Assembly (NCBI RefSeq): GCF_006345805.1
Contig: NC_043003.1
Location: forward strand, 39,990,001-40,054,000
Direction: 5' to 3'
Length of the DNA stretch: 64,000 bases
Source: Octopus sinensis
Taxonomy: Eukaryota
The translations under genes and the position numbers were made by a program. Under the pieces are notes generated by a model. It worked only from the letters and a program-made list of their open reading frames with translations, was not told the DNA's origin and ran no database searches. How positions within the stretch are numbered: the stretch's first letter is position 1; every line of letters starts with the position of its first letter. Of the stretch, positions 53,631 to 64,000 are shown piece after piece.

Positions 53631-54151
53631 TTTACCGTCGTCCACATGACCATCAACACAATGACCACTACCACCATCATCAATATCCCCACCACCACAC
53701 CACCACTGGGGTGATCTAATCGACTAATTCCCCTCCCCACAAATTTGAGGCCTTATGCCTCCAGCTGAAAGTATTATTATCGTGGAGCGGGAAAAACTTA
53801 GTACCAAACATATACTGCAGCTGAATTAATGAAGCTTCAACCATCGCCCACATCACAACGTGCAAGATGTCCGCTAGCAAAAGTTAGTTGTACCTGTAAT
53901 TCAAAGATCCAGCCTTATCACATTCTGTGTTACACTGTGTCACATTCTGCGCCACTTATTCTATCGGCCTCTTGGGCCGAACTGCTACATTACGGGGACG
54001 TAAACAAACCAATACCAATCGTCAAGTGTTGGTGGGGGGGGGACAAACACAAAGCGCACATACATAGCATACAAACATACATACACACACGAACACACGA
54101 AGACACACACACATAATAATGATGATGATAATAATAATAATAATAATAATA

Positions 54152-54240
<89 letters not shown>

Positions 54241-54287
54241 GCAACAACAACAACAACAACAACACAACAACAACAACAATAATAATA

Positions 54288-54326
<39 letters not shown>

Positions 54327-54349
54327 CAACAACAACAACAACAACAACA

Positions 54350-54530
54350 TCGAAAAATATCTTAGGAATAAGAAGCCAAGTTCGAAATTTTCCCAAGACA
54401 CCTGATGGAGGCTGGAGGGTACATCAGCCGAAAAGTTGTGTTAACAACAAACAATATGAGGACAAATATCCGTCAATTGTAAATAATGTAAATAATGTAA
54501 CATAATTTCTCATCTCTTAAATATAGAACT
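54350..54530 (+). mobile_element. Penelope-type pseudo-LTR fragment after (AAT)n(AAC)n, with a degenerate hammerhead motif at 54398-54441
   Basis: ACAC-CTGATGG-A-GGCTG.gagggtacat.CAGCC-GAAA-AGTT-GTGT; stems I and II pair, two core/stem III changes. Confidence 0.5.
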
Positions 54531-54836
54531 AATTTTAATGGGAGAAAATGCACTTCTACCAACAGGTCATGCTTCGGTCTTGATAATCCTCTTCACCGGA
54601 CTTTGATTTCCTCCCATTAACAATACTCTGGCGACGACAGTGCCATGATGACCGTTGCTGGTTACAAGAGAAATTTGAGACAATAATAGAATCTACAAAT
54701 AACGAGCTATTGAAAATTTATTTGTCAGTCAGTTCAGCTCTTTGGTATAAAATTTTTCAGCAACACGCTCTAACTTCATATTCTTCAAAAGATCTTTATT
54801 CTTGGAAATGAAGAAAGCAATTTCTTACAGGAAGCA

Positions 54837-55121
54837 GGTACTACTTGAGAACAGCGGTCCCGGTTCGAGCACTCGCGCACTCGCGCATCCGCGCTAGCTA
54901 GTCATGACTAGTCGATCCTTACTTTGTGTTTTTGTGTTATTTACTTTGTTTAAAAAATTATTTACTTTGTGTTTTATTTAATTTGTTTAACAAAAAATAT
55001 TTACTCTGTGTAAAAAAATTATTTATTTTGTGTTTTATTTACTTTGCTAGGAAGTCGTTGTAGGATCGACTAGTCACGACTAGCTATAGCGGAAGCGCGA
55101 CTACTGTTTTCAAGTAGTACC
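54837..55121. mobile_element. MITE with 9-bp TSD (Merlin- or Mutator-like)
   Basis: TIRs GGTACTACTTGAGAACAG / CTGTTTTCAAGTAGTACC plus inner inverted CTAGTCATGACTAGTCGATCCT; TSD CAGGAAGCA at 54828-54836 and 55122-55130; empty paralogous site at ~60735. Confidence 0.93.
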
Positions 55122-55301
55122 CAGGAAGCAGATGTGGCAGGTATGGTCAGAATCAGTCGTAGAGATTTTGTTACTTCGATCAGAGCTTGATTTAGACCAC
55201 ACTCCATATCATATCTGCCACTTCTTGGTTGTTTGACACTTAACCGCTACTACTCTGCTGGGAATGCAATATTAAGTTATATAGGAGCCGCGGGTTTGTT
55301 A

Positions 55302-55372
55302 GCATTAGTGGCTCAGTGGTAGAATACTCGCCTACCACGCGGGCGACCCGGGTTCGATTCTCGACCGATACA
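55302..55372 (+). pseudogene. tRNA-Gly pseudogene, anticodon ACC
   Basis: GCATTAGTGGCTCAGTGGTAGAATACTCGCCTACCACGCGGGCGACCCGGGTTCGATTCTCGACCGATACA; two acceptor-stem mismatches. Confidence 0.85.
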
Positions 55373-55749
55373 TTACGGAAATAAGTGTCATTGTTTTTTA
55401 TTTTTTGATGTAATGCATTTTGGGCCGTGACAGCACAAGTACGGCTTTTGATGTCGATCTAGTTTTCTTCGTGGAAATTTACATACAGCAATGACGCAGG
55501 CAAGAACGAACCCTAGCCGTAAAAAAATGCATATATACATACATAACTTGCACATTATAAATTTGCAAGGTTTTACTCAAGTTTAAAATGTGATATTGTT
55601 TTTGTTATCTACATTCCACACACATACGTAGATAAAAGAAGCATGTACATGCATGTATGTGCGTCGAAAAAGCCGTATTAGTGGTAATATTTCATGTGTT
55701 ACCGTTGACAACACGATCTTACAAGCACACGGAAACGAATGAACGAATT

Positions 55750-56120
55750 TTCTCTACTTTAGGTACAAGGCCCGAAATTTTGGGGTAGGCTGCCAGTCGA
55801 TTAGCTCGACCCCATTATGCAACTGGTATTTAATTTATTGACCTCGAAAGGACGAAAGACAATGTCGACCTCGACGGAATTCGAGCTCAGATGAAATACC
55901 TATTTCTTTACTACCCACAAGGGGCTAAATACAGAGGGGACAAACAAGGACAAACAAACGGATTAAGTCGATTACACCGACCCCAGGGCGTGACTGGTAC
56001 TTAATTTATAGACCCCGGAAGGATGAAAGGCAAAGTCTGCGGAATTTGAACTCAGAACGTAACGGCAGACGAAATACGGCAACGCATTTCGCCCGGCGTG
56101 CTAACGTTTCTGCCAGCTCG
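55750..56120 (-). mobile_element. Two stacked SINE family B copies
   Basis: Homologous to 16085-16310 and 43260-43425. Confidence 0.8.
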
Positions 56121-56153
56121 ATATTAAGTTATATAAGAGCTACGAACGTATTA

Positions 56154-56224
56154 GCATCGGTGGTTCAGTGGAAGAATGCTCGCCTGCCACGCGGGCGACC
56201 CGGGTTCGATTCCCGGCCGATGCA
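56154..56224 (+). tRNA. tRNA-Gly-GCC: tRNA-Gly(GCC), variant with two substitutions
   Basis: All stems intact; D-loop GGTA>GGAA and variable loop CGGC>CGAC. Confidence 0.8.
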
Positions 56225-56667
56225 TTTCGAAATATTACTATTTTATTTATTTTACTGTGTTAACTTTTGATGTCATACATTTTGAATATTTGTCGAGAAG
56301 TCAACTTGATTTTAAAGAAGCTTGTAACAAGAAATCTACAATCAAATATTGATTCATGGTATTTATAATGTGTTACTTGTGGTTCCTTGTCCGTGTGTCA
56401 CGCATTGATATTTGACCAACTACACCCGTTTTCAGTCATTAGACTGTGGTTATTCTGGGGCACCGCCTTGAATTATCAGTAAACGAATCGACCCCAGTAC
56501 TTATTTTCTAAAGCCTGAAGCTTATTCTATCTGTTCTTCGGCTGAAACACGAAGGTACGCGGACGTAAACGCACAAACACCGGCTGTCAACCAGTATTGG
56601 AGACAAACAGAATCAAAGGGTACACGCACACACACACACACATTATTTCTATGTGCATACATATATA

Positions 56668-56720
<53 letters not shown>

Positions 56721-56929
56721 GGGTACAGGACGTCACCAGCAGTAAACAATGTGAAATCGGAAAACAAATGAGTTCAATATGCCAACAATGAGAGAAACAA
56801 ATGGAAAACAGGGCAAGTAAGACGAAGAACGGCCCTTCATCAGTTTTGGTTGAAACGCTAAGGTACGGGGACGTCAGTGTTGGGGACAAACATACGATCA
56901 AAAACACACACACATCATATATGTGTGTA

Positions 56930-56979
<50 letters not shown>

Positions 56980-57036
56980 CACAAAACATACAAACATATA
57001 TATATATATACACACACACACATATAAATACATATA

Positions 57037-57145
<109 letters not shown>

Positions 57146-57389
57146 AATGAGGTAATCAGATCGGATGGTTCATATTTATAGATATTTATTTATATATTAC
57201 ATTTTTTACATATATATCATATCATTCAGATCATATCATTCGGATTAGCGCTTTCTCCCAATTGAGTGGGCTTTTCAAATCAATTCCTTGTGGGTAATTT
57301 GAACATTTTAGTTTCGTTGTAGTGGTGGGGAGGAATAAAACAGTATAAAAGGGTGAGGAGGAAGTGAGACAGAGAAAACATGTGTGTAT

Positions 57390-57437
<48 letters not shown>

Positions 57438-58025
57438 TTGTATCTGATAGGGAAGAAGAAGTATTGTTATTCCGTTGGCCTACTGGACCCCCTGTGGTTT
57501 TCTAAGAATTTGGCTCTGCTCTCTGTCCAGTCTCGTGTCACTGAGTGTGTGTTGTGCGTAGGCTGGCCGGACAAATGTCATTTGGGGTCACACTTTCTAT
57601 GATCGTTTTGTGGAGGTGTGTGTGTATGTGTGTGTGTCCGTGTGTGTTTTTGTGTGCGTGTGTGTGTGTGTGTGTCTCTGTGTGTTTGGAGAAGGAGAGA
57701 GAGAAAAAAGAAAGAGAAAAGGGAAAATAAAAATAAAAATAAATATAAAAATAAAAAATAATTAAAAATATAAAAAATAAAAAATAAAAAATAAAATATA
57801 AAAAAATAATAAATAAAAAATAAATAATAAATAAAAATAAGGGAGGAAGTGGAGAAGAAAAAAATATTTTTGTGTGTTGATATTTATACCAATACATATA
57901 TATATATATACACACACAGACTTATACATAAAATATTTGAAAAAAACCTTTTTATCGGTTCAAAATGAGTAACCAAATTACACCATCTTGAAAATTGTAT
58001 ATCATAGGAAGTTAAAATTAAAAAA

Positions 58026-58109
58026 TTAAGATATATATATATCTTAAGATATATATATATCTTAAGATATATATATCTTAAGATATATCTTAAGATATAT
58101 ATATCTTAA
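58026..58109. repeat. Palindromic minisatellite [TTAAG(AT)nC], 5 units
   Basis: Directly visible; each AAG(AT)nCTT unit is self-complementary. Confidence 0.9.
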
Positions 58110-58116
58110 AATTAAG

Positions 58117-58244
<128 letters not shown>

Positions 58245-58489
58245 TTATATACATACATGTGTATTTCGAGCATTTCGAGCATTGAACGACATATATAGGT
58301 ATATATATATGTGTGTGTGTATGTGTGTGTGTGTATGTGTGTGTGTGTATACACACAAGCGCGCGCGCACACACACACATACACTTATCAATGGCGAAGG
58401 AAACAGGCGTGAATGTGTCTGTGGTTTACGATTGGCTAAACTTACCCAAAATTTGGAAGCTTTAAAAGCTACAAACTTTTTATTTATTG

Positions 58490-58782
58490 GTTCTTTTATT
58501 TGTTTCAGTTATTTGAGTGCGGCCACGCTAGAGCACCTCCTTTGGTCGAAAACTCCATGCCTTATTCTTTGTGAGCCTAGTACTTATTCTAACGGTATTT
58601 TTGCTGAACCACTAAGCTACGGGACGTAAACACATCAACATGGGTTGTCAGGAGATGGTGGGGGACAAACAGAGACACACAAACATATACATATATATAT
58701 ATATATGTATACAACAGGCTTCTTTCAGTTTCCGTCCACCAATTCCATTCACAAGGTTTTGGTCGGCCGAGGCTATAGTAGA

Positions 58783-58786
<4 letters not shown>
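58490..58786 (-). mobile_element. SINE family A, head missing
   Basis: Reverse-complement homology to 16919-17352, ending at a (TA)n tract. Confidence 0.75.
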
Positions 58787-58842
<56 letters not shown>

Positions 58843-58988
58843 ACGTCATCAACATCTCCCTACGTACACAGCAAACAGCAATCCCCGCACAGGTCCTATA
58901 TATAATATATATATATATAAATGGCAATTTCTCTCTATTTGTCTGTCTGTCTGTCTGTCTGTTTGATTACTTATGTGTACGTTTGTAA

Positions 58989-59035
<47 letters not shown>

Positions 59036-59419
59036 ACGCCCTATAACTGTCTATCTCTCTGCATTTCTAGGGTCTTCCCTGATGCTGTCACATATTGTGA
59101 GATTTTAAAATTACGTCAAAATTTCAAAATTTAGTATATTGAAATAATTTTCAACGTTAAATCCGATTTTGTTATTTATTTGTTCCAGAAAAGTTGCAGA
59201 AATATGTTACTGAGATTTAAACCTTAATCAGTTTTACCTAATCAGAAAACATGATTTGGGAGCTAGCATTACCTACATGATAGCTGACAGTGTCTACACG
59301 ATAGCTGCCTATCACGAAATAAAATCAAAACCATTAGGAGGAGATATTTTTATTTACAAAAAAAAAAAAAGCAATGCATTACGACGACCAAAGTTGTAAG
59401 ATCTTCTGAAGTTTTAATG

Positions 59420-60389
59420 TGTAAAACGACCGTGCGAAGGAGAGGTGACGATGATTGGCTCCTTTAGTACACCACACGGTCGATTACAATAAATACGAAA
59501 AGTATGAATGAGTACAAGTGTCAGAAAGAAAAGAGAGACACAACCGGTAGAATGTTTAAGAGAAGATTTTATTGATAGGTTAACATGTATGTCTGTGTGT
59601 GCGTATTATATACACAATAACAGACAAGCCGTCATGTATACAAAGTGTGTATATGTGTGCAAACACGGATGTATGCGTGTGCGGTAAGTACGGAGCATTG
59701 AAAGAGTCTATAGTATGATGTTAGAAGAATGCTCAGACACAAGGATGATGACTACCAGTTCGTCATCAAGGTACACGATAGTTGAAGTGCTGTGACAAGA
59801 AATTGAGGCGAAGAAGCAGAGCGTGTGCGGTACGCGTTGTATGAAGTGGTGGCTACAATGCTACTGTCGGGTTACTTGGTACAGGAGCTTCTCGCAGGTT
59901 GTGTTTGCTCTTAACCATGGTGAAGTAATTCACGAACAATGTTGAGATAGACCTGTGCGGGGATTGCTGGTTGCTGTGTACGTAGGGAGATGTTGTTGAC
60001 GACGTTAAGACGGAGGCGACAGAGATGGAGGTCCTGAAAGCTGCTGGACTAAGTTGAGTCTCCATGTGGCTGCTGATTGTGTTGTCGCTGGAACTGGGTG
60101 TGCTCTGTGGTCAGTGGTTAGACCTAAAACGGTCTAGAACCAAAAGACGAAAGACGGTGTTGAGGCTAGCATTTTTATAGTGAACAGTCGGCGCAAACTG
60201 AGGTTTAGAAGAGACTGTCTTACGTGACCTTATCAGGAGGCTGCGATTGGTTGGGCTGCACATTGGCGCGTAATAGAGCAAGAGACGAACTGCGCTAATA
60301 CCAACCAATCAGAGTAGTGGACACAACAGGGTCCAAAAGGGCGGCCGAAGGCTAGCTGTTATCTACTACGTCCGTACTTATGTATATAT

Positions 60390-60464
<75 letters not shown>

Positions 60465-60471
60465 CGCTACA
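59420..60471 (-). mobile_element. Solo LTR (Gypsy-like) with 4-bp TSD
   Basis: TGTA...TACA termini; TSD AATG at 59416-59419 and 60472-60475; on the minus strand CCAAT-like boxes, TATAAAA (~60173-60179) and AATAAA (~59568-59573) in LTR order. Confidence 0.8.
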
Positions 60472-60908
60472 AATGAATAAAGTCATGTGAAGTGGTCAAA
60501 CAGACATGTAAATAATTTAAAGAGGGAAAAAATCCTCAACGAACTTTTTGGGCGAAAAATTGCACAAATCTGTCCTGATTAAGAGGCGTATCTGTCGGGG
60601 AAGGCATGCTCTGACATGGAATAAATAAAAATTTATATAAGACATTCTACTGTAAAAATTGTCTGGGAACGACAGGCTTTTCAGCTCGTCTCATATAATT
60701 ATCAACTCGCTTTAATGAAGAAAGCATTCCCTCACAGGAAGCAGATGTGGCACGTATGGTCAGAATCAAAATCAGCCGTAGTAATTTTGTTATTTCGGCC
60801 AAAGCTTGATTTAATACATATCAACGTATTATGTCAGCAACTTCTCCGTTGTTTGATTACTCAGAAAAGAATGCAATATTAAGTTATATAGGATCACTGT
60901 AATTGTCA

Positions 60909-60979
60909 GCATCGGTGGTTCAGTGGTAGAATGCTCGCCTGCCACGCGGGCGGCCCGGGTTCGATTCCCGGCCGATGCA
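60909..60979 (+). tRNA. tRNA-Gly-GCC: tRNA-Gly(GCC), intact
   Basis: Identical to 13659-13729. Confidence 0.97.
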
Positions 60980-60990
60980 TTATGAAATAC

Positions 60991-61002
60991 TTTTTTTTTT
61001 TT
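60991..61002 (+). terminator. RNA polymerase III oligo-T terminator
   Basis: T12 run starting 12 nt after the tRNA 3' end. Confidence 0.8.
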
Positions 61003-61412
61003 ACTGTGTTTAACTTTTGATGTCATACATTTTGAACATTTGTCGAGAGGTTAAACTAAATAAGAAGCTTGAAACACGAAATCTGCAATCAAATATTGAT
61101 TTACAGCATTTATGCTGCGTCGCTTGTGGTTCTCTGTCCGTGTGTCACGCATAGTTATTTGACCGGCTACACCTTTTCTCAGTCATTAGACTGTGGTTAT
61201 TCTGGGGCACCGCCTTGAATTATTAGTAAACGAATCGACCCCAGTACTTATTTTTTAAAGCCTGATACTTATTCTATCGTGTTCTTTCGCTGGAACTCTA
61301 ATCTAAGATACGCGGACGTAAATACGCAAACACCGGTTGTCAACCGCTGTTGGAGACAAACACAGAATCAAAGGTGCACGTGCACATGCACACATATACG
61401 TAAGTGTGTGTG

Positions 61413-61448
<36 letters not shown>

Positions 61449-61884
61449 TGTATATTACGGAGATGTACTTGCATAGCAAGTTAATTGATCTGAGATCGTG
61501 TGCTGAAACAAAAACAATTGCAGCGTGGATGGTGCCTATAAGTCGTTAAAGCACGCACAAAAAACCCCGTTAGATTAAATGTTGAAGTGTCAACATTTAA
61601 ATATAATTTTTGTCAAAATATTTTCGTCGCTTTGAAACCGCGACCTGTTCGCTGACAAAATTTCATGAGATGCAGCACGAGTTTTGTCAGTGAACAGGTC
61701 GCGGGTTCAAAGCGACGAAAATATTTTGATGCAAATTAAATTTAAATCTTAAAGTGAATCTAACGGTTTTTGTGTGTAAATGGCTTATAAATACCTTCCA
61801 TGCTGCAATTGTATATGTTTGTGTGTGTGTGTGTGTGATAAATAAAATGAGACAGAAAAAAATTTGCATACGATTATTCTTTTT

Positions 61885-62160
61885 TACTCTATGCACAAAA
61901 TTTTTGGTTTGAAGGGGCCAGTCAATTAAATCGACTCCAGTACACAACTGGTACATAATTTATCGACCGCGAAAGAATGAAGGGCAAAGTTGACGTTGGC
62001 GGAATTTGAACTCAGAACGTAAAAACAGACCGTGCAGAGCATTGAAAGTAAAGAGCATTGAAAGAGTCTATAGTATGACGTTAGAAGAATGCTCTGACAC
62101 AAGGATGATGACTACCAGTTCGTCACCCGGCGTGCTAACGATTCTGCCAGCTCACCGCCT
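61885..62160 (-). mobile_element. SINE family B interrupted by a captured LTR fragment
   Basis: SINE homology at 61885-62030 and 62126-62160. Confidence 0.75.
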
Positions 62161-62488
62161 TTTTGCAAACGAATATTATATAACAGAGTGAGTATATTAT
62201 TGTCTGTGTAAATTATAGTCTCAAAACAGCCAATTAATGCTGATTTATGCGGATAATCTTCCAGAAGTGGAGAAGTAAATTAGCAATCATCGGACATGGC
62301 TGAATGGAAAAGCATGGCTTGGGCCTTTTGCCTCTGGATGTCGGAAAATGCCACCTCCGATTTGTGGAGGTTAGAGTTGTAGAAATATCCGGAACGAACT
62401 ACATGGGTGACAATACTCAATTTTATCACTAGGCCCTGACAACAATGAATAAATGCTATTAATATCAGAAGACCAGTATTAAACGTAA

Positions 62489-62559
62489 GCGTCGGTTGTT
62501 CATTGGTAGAATTCTCGCCTACCATGCGGGCGCCACGTGCTCTTTTTCTGGCCGACACT
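62489..62559 (+). pseudogene. tRNA-Gly pseudogene, anticodon ACC, B box lost
   Basis: GCGTCGGTTGTTCATTGGTAGAATTCTCGCCTACCATGCGGGCG...CTGGCCGACAC. Confidence 0.75.
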
Positions 62560-64000
62560 CATTGAATATTTGCATATCTTCTTCTTTTTATGTTGAAATA
62601 ATATTTTGAATATCTGTCAATCAGAGTATATACTAAATAAATTGTGGAAGAGTTACTAGAAACCTTTACCTTTTCGTCCCTTTGGAGTTGGGTCGATGGT
62701 TGAAGTTTTATATTTGAGGGCTGCATTGCACTGGGTACAACCTAATAAGGGCGAATTAATATGAATGTTATTAAATATGTGGTTAAATATAACACTTATA
62801 GTAAAAATGTTTATTATTGAACGGTTTTGAGTTGTAATAAATGCCATATATTTAAACTCAGAGCCGTCAAACAAAAAATGTAGAACACATTCTTTTTGAC
62901 AAAATGCGTCTCAAGCATTCTTCTCGCTCTGGTAGTGTTTCACGTTTGTCTGTGCCTGTCCAAGTCGTTCCTCCGATTATCTACATTCCATAAGACGGAC
63001 TGCTTATTCAGAGTTCATCTGTGGCTACACAACAGTAACATTACAGATGTATCGACTCTACTACGTATCTGCTTCTTTTTTCAAAAACCGGGCGGGTTGG
63101 ACTTCAAATCAAAACGCGATGGGACAGAGAATCATGTATTAGTCTCGTGTAATTGGATATAAAATCTCCGTGGTGTTAGGCTTGGAGAAAATTGAGTTCA
63201 TGAGGTTCATGTTTGTCGTACAATTTCACTGTACATCCTGTATACTCCACCACACATTCTGCATGAAAAATTGTGGTTCTGAAAGGAATCATAGTAAGCT
63301 GTGGGATTCATAATGGAAATACTCACTCATTTCACAATACTTTGGTGTACATCGGTAGAAATCATACAATGGTTAGTCAGTCTTATAACTAAAAAAAATC
63401 GTTGGAACATCACTAAGAGCTTCATCGTTATGTAAAATGTATGAAAAGAATTTCACTTTGAAAGGCCCTCGATGGAGTACGTAGCTCGAAGATTAAGGAG
63501 TATCTCCAGGTCAAGCTACTACTTCTCCTCATTGAGTAGTTAAAGCTCCGGGACCACGGACATGTTATAAGATTTTTGCAGGAAAGAATCGCAAGACGGA
63601 TTCTTCAGGTCGAGCCAACTGGCAGGAGACCTATGGATAAGACCAAGAATGAAGTAGTTGGATAATATCCACAGTTTCAGTTGGGCATGCTTGGAAATTC
63701 AGCCTGAAAATGTAATGGCGGCTGCCTGAAGATCCTACCCTCACGACTCTCTCAAGAATAGACGGGAGGAAGATGAATGGATGAAAGGCCCTCGAAACCT
63801 GCATCAAAATAACATCCGCATGAGGACTCAGCACTTTTTCATTATATTACATGGTTAATTTAGTGGTGAACTGACTGTGAATTTGTTGGATAGAAAATTC
63901 AGGAAATCGAATGTCAGACGTTGAAGCAACAGAGGTGAATGTGTAACAACGTAGGTTCAGCAAACTTATTAAAATTTGTTTGTCATGTAAAAAACAATGG

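Noticed and set aside
62890-64000. Complex non-repetitive sequence that looks like decayed coding DNA
   Set aside because: Only short ORFs and no recognisable motif; blastx against transposon proteins would be needed.

Overview
Eukaryotic (animal) genomic DNA, very rich in microsatellites and transposon relics. The SINE families and repeat landscape look like an octopus/coleoid cephalopod genome (inference from pattern recognition, not a search). Nearly all ORFs in the supplied track are microsatellite artefacts. Supported content: (1) a tRNA-Gly(GCC) cluster with one isolated gene at 13659, a minus-strand array at 42.4-52.9 kb and plus-strand duplicated units at 55.3-62.6 kb. The minus-strand array is built from a ~430-bp dimer in which full-length tRNA slots alternate with 62-nt tRNA-like copies lacking most of the anticodon arm. 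(2) Decayed autonomous elements: R4/Dong-type RLE retrotransposons in (TAA)n tracts, a Naiad-like Penelope element, a Buster-type hAT transposase and a Merlin/IS1595-like transposase with nested insertions. (3) MITEs with TSDs, Helentron-type non-autonomous elements, a solo LTR, many tRNA-derived SINEs and a 5S rRNA pseudogene. (4) Several hammerhead-ribozyme-like motifs in Penelope-type repeats. (5) A 52-bp satellite packed with STAT-like palindromes. (6) A few candidate exons of an unidentified plus-strand gene. No intact protein-coding gene could be identified with confidence.
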